64,000 bases of DNA from NCBI GenBank assembly GCA_905236305.1, contig CAJOPB010000108.1, positions 9,968 to 73,967 on the forward strand. Reading direction: 5' to 3'. Both the position numbers and the translations under genes were made by a program. Under the pieces are notes generated by a model. It worked only from the letters and a program-made list of their open reading frames with translations, did no database searches and was not told where the DNA came from. This document shows positions 1 to 8,008 of this stretch, in pieces. Source of the DNA: an uncultured Oscillospiraceae bacterium. Lineage in GTDB: Bacteria > Bacillota > Clostridia > Oscillospirales > Oscillospiraceae. How positions within the stretch are numbered: the first letter of the stretch is position 1; each line of letters begins with the position of its first letter.

Positions 1-2716
1 TGCCATGTTCCGCCGCCTCCAATCTTGCATCCGTCTTGTCGTCCAGAGTCACGCCGTCCGCTCTGTCGCGCTTCCATGCTTCAGTGCCCACATCCTTTGT
101 GTGCTCGGTGGGCTGCGCCAGCCACTTGGTGAAGTCGTCCGGTCTCGTCCAGATGCCCTCCGGCGCGCCCTCAGCCTTGTAAACCCTGACCAGATAGGCG
201 CGGAGCGTATAGGTCCCCACCACATCGTTAAAGGGCGCGTCGGCCTTGGAGGTGATGTTGACGTTCATCTCTCTCCAACCGTGGGTGGGCGTGTCCAGCG
301 TCTCCGGGTTCCAGAAGCGTTCCATGCAGACGCTGCCGGGCTTTATGCCCTCGGTCACCGCAACTACGCCCCGGGTTTTGCCGCGCTGGGATTCTACCCA
401 TGCCCAGTCGCCATCCTCCAGACCACACCGTACCGCGTCAACAGGGTTCATCCAGAGCTCCGGTACAGGATAGATTTCACGCAGCCAGGGCACGTTTCGC
501 AGGGTGTTGTGATGGAAGAAGGGGACTCGCCCGTTGGTCATGACCAGCGGATATTCCGCTGCAAGCTCGCCCCGCGGGCTCTCGTGAGGTTCGAGATAAT
601 AGGGCAGCGGCTCATAGTCCACGCTGGCCGGGGGCAGCTCACACTTGGCAAAGGGCTTTCCGGTACGTCCCAGCGTAATCATACTTTCCAGATAAACCTC
701 GCATTTTTTTGAGGGTGTGGGGAACCCCTTGGGTTTTCCGGTTTTCTCGTCTGTCTGCCTGTAGACGTAATAGGATTTCCATTCCTCTTTCGGCAGATAG
801 GTGTATGGCGTGACCTTCTTCAGTTGCTCAAAATTCAGCCCCACACGGCTGAGAAAATGATCCCAGAGCTCCTCGACGCTGTCCCAGTAGGGAAGGTCTT
901 TTCCCATGTAAGCGGCGTCAAAGGCTTTCCGGCAAGCCTCGTGTCCCAGTTCCCCACAGCGTTTGGCCAGCTTGGACCAGATCAGGGTCTCGTCCATCGT
1001 CTCCCAAACATGAGCGCAGGCCTGCCGCGCACAGAGGGTGTTGCAGGTTTCAACGATCATATTGGTTTCCAGCCATTCCTCTGTTGGCAGCAGAATATCC
1101 GCATAGGCGGAAAAGGACGTGGGATACATGTACATGTGAACAATGAAGTCCAGCTCGTCAATGGCCCGTCGCACCTTCTGGCTGTCTGCCACTGCGGCCA
1201 TTTTGTTGCCGCTGCGGTCGATCCAGACCCGGGGCTTGTAGGGCTTTCCCGTGAGAATCGCGTCAAAAATACTGGTGGGGTGTCCTGCAAACCAGATGTG
1301 CAGGCCCTTGTGCTCGATGCCGCCGAGACGCTTCTTTAATTGCTCGTCCGGCAGACGGTCTGCCGCAATGGGAACCGGGTAGTTGGGCATGTCGAAGACC
1401 CCGCTGGTGCGGAACCGCTGCAGCAGTGTCCCGGGCTTTTCCACGTTGCCCATCAGAAGGTCCAGCGTACAGGCTGCCATGGCAGCCTGCTCACTATTGG
1501 GGGTCTGGTCTGTCGCCACGCCGATGGCAATGGCACTGGGTGTGTTCTCCGCGTAGAGACGGATCGCTTTCTCGATGTGCGTCGGGTCGAGCTCACAGAT
1601 TTCAGCGGTTTTTTCCAGTGTATACGCCTCCACCCGCTCCCACAGAAGCTGCCATCCGGTTTTGTAAATCCGCCCATTGACCTCAAAGCTCCCATTCAGG
1701 GCAGGGGAGAGGCTTTCATCGTAAGGATAGGACAGCGGACGGGCGGAATTGGTGTTTGTATCCCAGACCATAAAGGTGTCGGGAAGATCGGGGCTGTCAC
1801 TGGTTTCGGCACGCCAAAAGTATTTCGTCTCAACATCCACCAGATAGGGCAGGTTTGTCCAGCGCAGTACAAAATCCCTGTCATAGAGCTTCTGCTGCAT
1901 GATAAAACGAATCCAGCCCATCAGCAGTGCGACGTCCGTGCCAGGACGTACAGGGAGCCACGCGTCACTTTTTGCCGCGTCCGGGGTCAGACGCGGGTCC
2001 ACCACCACGGTTTTGACGCCGTTTTCCCGCAGATCAACTACGGCTCCGCCGCCGCTGGCGGGACAGGACCAGCTTGGGTCTGTACCCCAGAGCACCAGGG
2101 TTCGGATGGGCGTATCAAGGGTATCGTAGATTTCCAGTGCGTTGGAGTCTGCAATGGAGGGATCAACCCCACCATACATCATCGTATAGGCCAGCACCCG
2201 GGGCAGATAGCACTGAGCGCAGCCTGGCTCAAACCAGTTGGGTGTGCCGAAAATGTTGCAGAAGCGGGCAATGGACCAGATCTCAGGGTTCCCGCCGCCG
2301 CCTGTAGAGCAGAACACCGCCTCTGCGCCGTACTTTTCTCTCGTTTCCATCAGCTTACGGGCAATTATGTCGATGGCTTCATCCCAGGAGATGCGTTTCC
2401 ATTTGTTCTCGCCCCGCTTGCCCACGCGGAGCATGGGATACTTGTTTCGGTTCGGGTGATAGAGCGCCTGGATACCACTGAGTCCTTTGGCGCACATCCG
2501 TCCCTTGCTCATCCGGTCTGCCGGGTTACCCTCCACTCTGACCACGCGTCCATCCCGCACCGTGGCGATGACGCCGCAGTTGGCAATGCATGCGCGGCAG
2601 CAGGTCTTGATTTTGCGCTCGCCGGTGTCCGAAGGCTCCTGCGTCCTCTCTGCGCGGCGGAGCAGGGCAGCAGAGCTGTCAAAAACATCCAGCCCGGTAA
2701 TTGCAGTCTGAGGCAA
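1..2716 (-). CDS. Molybdopterin (bis-MGD) oxidoreductase, DMSO-reductase/formate-dehydrogenase superfamily; partial, C-terminus lies beyond the window edge
   Basis: The minus-strand frame is open from TTG at 2716 (GGGGGAG SD 5 nt upstream) to position 1 with no stop. It is not in the ORF track because it runs off the edge. My translation reads MPQTAITGLDVF...KTCCRACIANCG...GRMCAKG, which is the N-terminal CxxCxxxC...C 4Fe-4S motif. It also contains VFCSTGGGGNPE, LVLWGTDPSWS, DPRLTPDAAKSDAWLPVRPGTD and ...TYTLRAYLVRVYKA, followed by at least 55 further residues. No twin-arginine signal is present. Confidence 0.85.
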   Translation of the reverse strand, partial: MPQTAITGLDVFDSSAALLRRAERTQEPSDTGERKIKTCCRACIANCGVIATVRDGRVVRVEGNPADRMSKGRMCAKGLSGIQALYHPNRNKYPMLRVGKRGENKWKRISWDEAIDIIARKLMETREKYGAEAVFCSTGGGGNPEIWSIARFCNIFGTPNWFEPGCAQCYLPRVLAYTMMYGGVDPSIADSNALEIYDTLDTPIRTLVLWGTDPSWSCPASGGGAVVDLRENGVKTVVVDPRLTPDAAKSDAWLPVRPGTDVALLMGWIRFIMQQKLYDRDFVLRWTNLPYLVDVETKYFWRAETSDSPDLPDTFMVWDTNTNSARPLSYPYDESLSPALNGSFEVNGRIYKTGWQLLWERVEAYTLEKTAEICELDPTHIEKAIRLYAENTPSAIAIGVATDQTPNSEQAAMAACTLDLLMGNVEKPGTLLQRFRTSGVFDMPNYPVPIAADRLPDEQLKKRLGGIEHKGLHIWFAGHPTSIFDAILTGKPYKPRVWIDRSGNKMAAVADSQKVRRAIDELDFIVHMYMYPTSFSAYADILLPTEEWLETNMIVETCNTLCARQACAHVWETMDETLIWSKLAKRCGELGHEACRKAFDAAYMGKDLPYWDSVEELWDHFLSRVGLNFEQLKKVTPYTYLPKEEWKSYYVYRQTDEKTGKPKGFPTPSKKCEVYLESMITLGRTGKPFAKCELPPASVDYEPLPYYLEPHESPRGELAAEYPLVMTNGRVPFFHHNTLRNVPWLREIYPVPELWMNPVDAVRCGLEDGDWAWVESQRGKTRGVVAVTEGIKPGSVCMERFWNPETLDTPTHGWREMNVNITSKADAPFNDVVGTYTLRAYLVRVYKAEGAPEGIWTRPDDFTKWLAQPTEHTKDVGTEAWKRDRADGVTLDDKTDARLEAAEHG

Positions 2717-2758
2717 AAAAACTCCCCCTTTCCCTGTCTGTCATAAAAACTGCAAATC

Positions 2759-2880
2759 TATAGTAAACGACAAAATATTTGTCGTTTACTATAGTTGCCA
2801 TGTCATTTAACGCCGCTCTGCGGCGTTAAATGACGGCTGAAATGAAAATATAATCACGACATTTATGTCGTGATTATATT
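2759..2880. repeat. Three consecutive perfect hairpins (16-bp, 13-bp and 15-bp stems); the third belongs to dispersed modules D+C
   Basis: 2759-2793: TATAGTAAACGACAAA-ata-TTTGTCGTTTACTATA. 2804-2832: CATTTAACGCCGC-tct-GCGGCGTTAAATG. 2847-2880: AATATAATCACGACA-ttta-TGTCGTGATTATATT. Confidence 0.85.
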
Positions 2881-2906
2881 ATATATGACCAAGGGAAGTT
2901 TTTCAA
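2878..2906 (-). promoter_or_regulatory. Promoter-like element (TTGAAA-17-TATAAT) upstream of the Mo-oxidoreductase gene, overlapping hairpin 3
   Basis: On the minus strand, TTGAAA lies at 2906-2901, followed by a 17-nt spacer and TATAAT at 2883-2878. Confidence 0.5.
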
Positions 2907-2962
2907 ACGAAACAATTTCATAGATGTGAGAAAATAATTCACTGTCCGTCTTGAAGCGGGCC

Positions 2963-3859
2963 TCAGAACAGGGCCAGGAAATCCTGCAGCTCCGGCCTTT
3001 GAAGGGCCTTGTTCCAAATCATGGCGACGCCGCTGCGGGTTTCGGCAATTGGCCTGTAAACCAGCGATGCCAGGCCGTAATCTCTGTGAAATTGGTCACA
3101 GATAAAAACGTCCGTGTCATGGTGCAAGCGATAGACCTGTGAGTTTGCATTTGCAGTTTGAAAGACAATCCTCGGCTGCTTTTCAGCCCGGGCAAACAGA
3201 TCGTGAAGCATGTGATTGTACGTAGGGAGATAGAGGTCGGATATAACCACGAGATTCATCTCAGCCAGATCATGGATCGAAAGCTCCTCCCTATCCGCAA
3301 GAGGGTTTGTGGGGAGCATACAGACTGTGTGAGGGCATTCATGGATGATCTGAATACCACAGTCAGGCCAGGTGCCGTATTCTGCTTCATATCGAACCGT
3401 AAAAGCCACGTCAAAGGCGCCTTCCAAAAGCCTTTTCCGCAGCTGATCCGTTGGGATGCTTTCAATCTCAACCTCACAGCTGGGATGCGCCGCATAAAAG
3501 CGGCTTAAATAGTCCAGAAGATATGTCTCCGGGCGATGGGAGTCCAGAGTGCCGATCCGTATGGAATTTTGGCTTCCACCCGGGTATTTTCGGGCTTCGT
3601 ACAGGGACTGTTCCACATCGCGCAACAACTCCTTCCACCGCAAGTAGAGATATTTTCCCGCCTCGGTAAGCGTCAAATTCTTCCCTTCACGGGAAAAAAG
3701 CTGAATCTCAATGCTGTTTTCCAGACTTTGAATACTCTTGCTGAGCGCCGACTGCGTCATGTCAAGGTATCTCGACGCGCTGGAAAAGCTGCCCGACTCC
3801 ACGACCTGAATGAAATACCAAATCTGAATGAAACTGAAATTCATATACCGCAAACGCAT
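2963..3859 (-). CDS. LysR-family transcriptional regulator
   Basis: N-terminal HTH region: MRLRYMNFSFIQIWYFIQVVESGSFSSASRYLDMTQSALSKSIQSLE. A LysR substrate-binding-like C-terminal part follows. I chose the ATG at 3859 with GGAGGGAG 6 nt upstream; the longer track ORF reaching 4051 overlaps the ArsR gene. Confidence 0.85.
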   Translation of the reverse strand: MRLRYMNFSFIQIWYFIQVVESGSFSSASRYLDMTQSALSKSIQSLENSIEIQLFSREGKNLTLTEAGKYLYLRWKELLRDVEQSLYEARKYPGGSQNSIRIGTLDSHRPETYLLDYLSRFYAAHPSCEVEIESIPTDQLRKRLLEGAFDVAFTVRYEAEYGTWPDCGIQIIHECPHTVCMLPTNPLADREELSIHDLAEMNLVVISDLYLPTYNHMLHDLFARAEKQPRIVFQTANANSQVYRLHHDTDVFICDQFHRDYGLASLVYRPIAETRSGVAMIWNKALQRPELQDFLALF

Positions 3860-3923
3860 TTTTTCTCCCTCCAGGCAGACAATTTTAACCACATGCCATC
3901 TGCGCTTTGACTGAGCGGAACAA

Positions 3924-4304
3924 TCAAGCCATACCAGAATCCGGACAGGAAATTTCAGCAATTCGCTCAATGATTTGATGCAGCTCGCCTGCCAGCCTGG
4001 AATCTGCCGCCTGATACAGCATCTCCTTGCCGTCTCTGCGAGAAACAACAAGCCCGGCCGATTTCAGCAGCCTGAGATGATGAGAAACCGCGGGACTGGA
4101 CATTTTGACATATGCAGCTATATCAGCCACACATTCTTCGGTGTGGCACAGCAGCCAGAAGATGCGAAGCCTGGAAGGGTCACCCAGCTGTCCCAGCGCA
4201 TGTGAAACAACCTGAATTGCCTCCTCGGAGGGCATCGCCTCAAAAATATGCTGCTGAGACAGGGTATCACTGTGTTCATGCGGCAAATTGATTTTCTGTT
4301 CCAT
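3924..4304 (-). CDS. ArsR/SmtB-family metalloregulatory repressor (CadC/CzrA-like)
   Basis: Winged-helix core: LGDPSRLRIFWLLCHTEECVADIAAYVKMSSPAVSHHLRLLKSAGLV. AGGAGG SD upstream. Divergent from a heavy-metal ATPase operon whose promoter carries a 10+10 inverted repeat. Confidence 0.85.
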   Translation of the reverse strand: MEQKINLPHEHSDTLSQQHIFEAMPSEEAIQVVSHALGQLGDPSRLRIFWLLCHTEECVADIAAYVKMSSPAVSHHLRLLKSAGLVVSRRDGKEMLYQAADSRLAGELHQIIERIAEISCPDSGMA

Positions 4305-4360
4305 TTTTCTGCCTCCTTTACTGATTCCGGGTCTTCAGCTGGAAGATCGTGCTGTAGGGT

Positions 4361-4389
4361 ATTATATACGATTTGCAGAAAAGTGTAAA
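4361..4389 (-). promoter_or_regulatory. Sigma-70-type promoter for the ArsR-family gene (TTTACA-17-TATAAT)
   Basis: On the minus strand, TTTACA lies at 4389-4384, followed by a 17-nt spacer and TATAAT at 4366-4361. This is about 55 nt upstream of the ATG at 4304. Confidence 0.55.
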
Positions 4390-4406
4390 AAGTTTTTTGA
4401 AGGGAG

Positions 4407-4435
4407 TTGACAAATTGCGCATAAAAGAATATGAT
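4407..4435 (+). promoter_or_regulatory. Sigma-70-type promoter of the HMA/P-type ATPase operon (TTGACA-17-TATGAT)
   Basis: TTGACA at 4407-4412, a 17-nt spacer, then TATGAT at 4430-4435. The operator palindrome starts 7 nt downstream. Confidence 0.7.
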
Positions 4436-4441
4436 AGGTAT

Positions 4442-4467
4442 AACAATTAAACATATATTTAATTGTT
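4442..4467 (+). promoter_or_regulatory. Candidate ArsR/SmtB operator, perfect 10-6-10 inverted repeat AACAATTAAA-catata-TTTAATTGTT
   Basis: Perfect dyad read directly from the sequence. It sits between the -10 box and the SD of the metal-efflux operon, which is the usual position and architecture for ArsR/SmtB operators. Confidence 0.65.
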
Positions 4468-4493
4468 TAATATTTTATAAGGGGGAATGAGAC

Positions 4494-4712
4494 ATGAAAA
4501 AAAGCTATAAGATTGACGTGGACTGCGCCGCATGTGCGGACAAGATGGAGGTCGCTGCAGGCAAAACGCCTGGTGTAAAGAGTGCGAGCGTGAACTTTAT
4601 GGCACTGAAGATGAAAGTAGAGTTTGAGGATGGAGCGGATCCGGCCTCCGTTATGCAGGAGGTTCGCAAAAACTGTAAGAAGATAGAAAGCGACTGCGAA
4701 GTGTTTCTTTGA
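4494..4712 (+). CDS. Heavy-metal-associated (HMA) domain protein, stand-alone metal-binding domain
   Basis: 72 aa with MKKSYKIDVDCAACADKMEVAAGKTPGVKSASVNF, a CxxC metal-binding loop in a ferredoxin-like fold pattern. GGGGGA SD upstream. Its stop overlaps the upstream extension of the ATPase frame. Confidence 0.8.
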   Translation: MKKSYKIDVDCAACADKMEVAAGKTPGVKSASVNFMALKMKVEFEDGADPASVMQEVRKNCKKIESDCEVFL

Positions 4713-4756
4713 AGCGCTGCACGGGGGCATGTGCCCGGACGGAAGGGGAAGCGGAG

Positions 4757-6640
4757 ATGAATCCAAAGCAAAAAAAGAACCTGGTGCGTATTCTGGCTGC
4801 CGGCTTGATGACGGTGGCGCTGCACTTTTTGCCGGTAACGGGTCTCCTTCGATTTTTGCTGTATATGCTGCCATACGGGATCGCGGGCTATGATATTCTG
4901 TTCAAGGCAATATGCGGGATCAAAAACAGGCAGCCCCTGGACGAGTGCCTGCTGATGACGGTTGCGACGGCAGGGGCGATTGTACTCGCTCTGTACCAGA
5001 GAAGCGGGGATTATGTTGAAGCAATCGCTGTGATGCTGTTTTATCAGATCGGTGAGTGGTTTCAGAGCTTCGCCGTGGGAAAGAGCCGCAAAAGTATTGC
5101 TGAGCTGATGGATATTGCGCCCGACTATGCCAACGTTGAGACAGAGAACGGCCAGCTGGAGCAGGTGGACCCCGACGAGGTTGCGGTCGGCACAATCATT
5201 GTCATCCGGCCTGGCGAGCGTGTACCAATTGATGGAGTTGTAGTGAGCGGAACCTCCTCCCTGAATACCGCGGCCTTGACGGGGGAATCCGTGCCGAGGG
5301 ATGTGGCGGAGGACGACGAAATCTTCAGCGGCTGTATCAACCTCAGCGGACTTCTCAGAGTACAAACCTCAAAGGAGTTCGGGGAGTCCACAGCCTCCAA
5401 GGTGTTGGAGCTGATTGAGGACGCAAGCCTGCATAAGTCCAGGTCCGAGAGCTTTATTTCGAAATTTGCCAGAATCTATACTCCCGCAGTGGTTGGAGCT
5501 GCGCTTGCGCTTGCGCTGATCCCGCCCATCGTGCTGCTGCTGACAGGCAGTAAACCGCTGTGGGGGACATGGATTTACCGGGCGCTCACGTTTCTTGTTA
5601 TCAGCTGCCCCTGTGCGCTGGTTGTGAGCATACCGCTCTCGTTTTTTGCCGGACTCGGCGCAGCAAGCCGGCAGGGGGTGCTGATCAAAGGCTCCAACTA
5701 TCTTGAGCTGCTTTCCGAGACCAGAACGGTGGTGTTTGACAAGACGGGCACACTGACCAGGGGTGTATTCGAGGTGACGGCAGTCCATCCGGACAATATG
5801 GACGAAAAGCAGCTCCTGCATCTTGCTGCCCACGTGGAACGATACTCCAGGCATCCGATTGCAGCCTCCCTTCGAGCTGCTTATCCCAACGAAGCGGATA
5901 ACTGCTCTGTAGAGAACATCGTCGAGATTGCGGGACATGGTATTACCGCGAACGTGAACGGGGATACAGTCGCGGTGGGAAACGGAAGGCTGATGGACCG
6001 GGTCGGAGCAGTCTGGCGCTCCTGCCATAAGGACGGTACGATACTTCATGTGGCAATTAACGGTGCCTACGCCGGCCACATTGTCATCTCTGACGTGATC
6101 AAGCCCCACAGTGCCCTGGCCATCCGGGAGCTCCGAAGAAACGGTATGGAACAGGCAGTCATGCTTACCGGCGACGGGAAAGCAGTTGCCGAGGGGGTTG
6201 CGGCTGAGCTCGGAATAGATCGGGTATACAGCGAGCTGCTGCCGCAGGATAAGGTAGCGAAGGTGGAGGAACTGCTTGCCGAACGTGAAACGAAAAGAGA
6301 GAAGCTGGCCTTTGTAGGAGACGGAATGAACGATGCGCCGGTGCTCGCGCGTGCGGACGTGGGAATCGCGATGGGAGGCATAGGCTCAGACGCTGCAATC
6401 GAGGCGGCGGATATTGTTCTGATGGATGACGATCCCCTGAAAATATCGACAGCGGTTCGGATATCCGGGAAATGCCTTCGCATCGTGCGGGAGAACATCT
6501 TTTTTGCTATCGGCATCAAGCTTATATGTCTAATCCTCGGTGCATTTGGAATTTCAAATATGTGGTTTGCAATCTTTGCAGATGTAGGCGTTATGGTGCT
6601 TGCCGTGCTGAATGCAATTCGGTGCATTCATATCCAATAA
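4757..6640 (+). CDS. cadA: P1B-type heavy-metal (Cd/Zn/Pb-type) translocating ATPase
   Basis: Contains the CPC transmembrane motif (VISCPCALVVS), DKTGTLT phosphorylation site, GDGMNDAP hinge and TGES. ATG at 4757 is preceded by GGAAGGGGAAGCGGAG. The track ORF starts at a TTG at 4709. Confidence 0.9.
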   Translation: MNPKQKKNLVRILAAGLMTVALHFLPVTGLLRFLLYMLPYGIAGYDILFKAICGIKNRQPLDECLLMTVATAGAIVLALYQRSGDYVEAIAVMLFYQIGEWFQSFAVGKSRKSIAELMDIAPDYANVETENGQLEQVDPDEVAVGTIIVIRPGERVPIDGVVVSGTSSLNTAALTGESVPRDVAEDDEIFSGCINLSGLLRVQTSKEFGESTASKVLELIEDASLHKSRSESFISKFARIYTPAVVGAALALALIPPIVLLLTGSKPLWGTWIYRALTFLVISCPCALVVSIPLSFFAGLGAASRQGVLIKGSNYLELLSETRTVVFDKTGTLTRGVFEVTAVHPDNMDEKQLLHLAAHVERYSRHPIAASLRAAYPNEADNCSVENIVEIAGHGITANVNGDTVAVGNGRLMDRVGAVWRSCHKDGTILHVAINGAYAGHIVISDVIKPHSALAIRELRRNGMEQAVMLTGDGKAVAEGVAAELGIDRVYSELLPQDKVAKVEELLAERETKREKLAFVGDGMNDAPVLARADVGIAMGGIGSDAAIEAADIVLMDDDPLKISTAVRISGKCLRIVRENIFFAIGIKLICLILGAFGISNMWFAIFADVGVMVLAVLNAIRCIHIQ

Positions 6641-6740
6641 AAATGCTCTCTGAGCAATCATATAAGAGCCTGTTTCATATCTCAGCGTGTGCGGATTTTC
6701 GAGCGGATTTTTGCTAATCTGCCCAAAGGGCACGAGCGGC

Positions 6741-6793
6741 GTGAATCCGCAGGAATCCTTTGCGGATTTCACGCGGCCCATCGAAGGGGCCGC
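6741..6793. terminator. Two adjacent GC-rich hairpins between the convergent cadA and DHHW genes
   Basis: GTGAATCCGCA...TGCGGATTTCAC spans 6741-6772. GCGGCCC-atcgaag-GGGCCGC spans 6773-6793. There is no clean U-tract, so a terminator function is inferred only from position. Confidence 0.4.
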
Positions 6794-6855
6794 GTGGCGG
6801 ACGCGTTTCCTTTTCAGTCCGGCAAGCTTTGTGCAGGTTCATTATGCACAGCTCC

Positions 6856-7995
6856 TTAATTGGCCGCGAGGAAAAGATTGGTATCCTCTGCAAAATTCTT
6901 TACGCTGTAGCACACCAGAAGCTGATCGAAGTTCTGCTGCTCCAAATAGGAACGAAGACTTGATTTGTAATACCGCAGGTCCAGAATATGAATTTCTGAG
7001 AAATGGGGGAAAAGGAAGGGGCTGAGGCAGTCCATATAAGAATCGCGCAAAATCAGCAGCTTTGGTCCGGCATTTCCCGTGCGGATGGTTAGCAGCGGCG
7101 TGTTTCCGCCGTAAAAGTATGCGTATTTATCAACGGTCTCCAGGCTGCTCTGATCATAGAGCGTCCCCTCCACAGGGGCGCCCTGGGGAAAAGTCGTGAT
7201 GACGGCTTCACCCTGCTCCACATAAGCAGAGATGCTGTCCGGAGCCACCCAGGAGAAGCCGGAGGAGGACCAGGTCGTGCCGTAGAATTCTTCAGTTACC
7301 ACATTTTGCCGGTAACTGCTCAGGTCTTCAGGGGAGAAGCCCATGGCCTCTGCCAATGCAGTATAGCCATAATATGCCCCCAAGGTGGTCCAGTGGTGGT
7401 CTGTACGATAATAGATAGGCTCATCTCTGTGGGAGGCCAGGGCGGAGCAGATGTCCGCCGTTTTCCCGGAAAAAGCACTGTAGGCCTGCTCAATCGTAGC
7501 AAGCTGGCTGTCGTTGGGGGCACCCTCCGGCAGCAGATCAGACCATATCTCTGCGGCGGTCGGGATCAGCGCAAAAAACACCGGTATTCCCGCATTTTCT
7601 GCCAGCGTATTAAAAGCGCTTACGTTGCCGGATATGGATGCCTCTGCCGGCGCGGTATAGGGCTCAATCAGGGTTTCACCGCTGCAAAGGTAGATACCGT
7701 TGTTCTCATCCTTCCCGGTAAGGAGCTCCGAGCGGGCTTTCAGGGTGATCCAGGCGTCCCGGAAAGGAAACTGGTCATTGACATATGCCTCCGCCTGAGT
7801 GGTAAAGCGCCCGGAAAACAGTGCGGAGAAGCTGAATCTCGGCAGGGTTTGCAGGCTCTCCCGCCCGGAAAGCGTCTTGTCCGGCAATGCGAGATGCAGG
7901 ACAAGCAGCGTCCCGAGAAAAATCAGAAATACGAGAATCTGTGCCAGCGCGGCACGATTTTTTTTTGCTGTTTTGATGTGCTTTCCCTTGTACAT
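6856..7995 (-). CDS. DHHW-family protein (AlgJ/AlgX-like partner of MBOAT O-acyltransferases), N-terminal membrane anchor
   Basis: Literal DHHW motif in context (YYRTDHHWTTLGAYYGY). Single N-terminal TM segment (ALAQILVFLIFLGTLLVLHLAL). ATG at 7995 with GGAGGAG SD, 13 nt after the MBOAT stop. Confidence 0.8.
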   Translation of the reverse strand: MYKGKHIKTAKKNRAALAQILVFLIFLGTLLVLHLALPDKTLSGRESLQTLPRFSFSALFSGRFTTQAEAYVNDQFPFRDAWITLKARSELLTGKDENNGIYLCSGETLIEPYTAPAEASISGNVSAFNTLAENAGIPVFFALIPTAAEIWSDLLPEGAPNDSQLATIEQAYSAFSGKTADICSALASHRDEPIYYRTDHHWTTLGAYYGYTALAEAMGFSPEDLSSYRQNVVTEEFYGTTWSSSGFSWVAPDSISAYVEQGEAVITTFPQGAPVEGTLYDQSSLETVDKYAYFYGGNTPLLTIRTGNAGPKLLILRDSYMDCLSPFLFPHFSEIHILDLRYYKSSLRSYLEQQNFDQLLVCYSVKNFAEDTNLFLAAN

Positions 7996-8008
7996 TGTAC
8001 TCCTCCGG

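Noticed and set aside
1-2716. Selenocysteine (in-frame TGA) or Tat export signal in the molybdopterin oxidoreductase
   Set aside because: The frame is open throughout with no internal TGA. The N-terminus has an RR dipeptide (LLRRAERT) but no following hydrophobic h-region.
1340-2746. Long plus-strand ORF (468 aa), and similar long ORFs at 10612-11898(-), 14652-16169(+), 17528-19282(+), 20390-22066(-), 22788-24020(-), 29461-30591(-), 42459-43655(-), 46634-47716(-), 53741-54823(+), 56324-57520(-), 60227-61513(-) and 61601-63091(-)
   Set aside because: Each lies antisense to a gene with unmistakable family motifs. Their translations are Arg/Gly/Pro/His-rich and low in complexity, and they lack SD sequences. 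Long stop-free antisense frames are expected in GC-rich coding DNA. I saw no evidence for overlapping genes.
2963-4051. 5'-extended versions of many track ORFs: LysR to 4051, aminotransferase from 10387, mazG to 27439, GH26 from 29080, galK from 30964, galT from 32057, xth from 36575, sigma factor from 38234, murC from 46487, K+ channel from 48007, GH65 from 56399
   Set aside because: The extensions overlap neighbouring genes or promoters and have no SD. The family-typical N-termini begin at internal ATG, GTG or TTG codons that do have SD sequences.
6652-6685. Sixth or seventh copy of the module-B core after cadA (AATCATATAAGAGCCTGTTTC)
   Set aside because: Similarity to the GAYTGTATRAGA core is weak and the flanking GC clamp and GTTTT stem are absent, so it is too degenerate to count. 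The neighbouring triple GCGGATTT strings may be unrelated.
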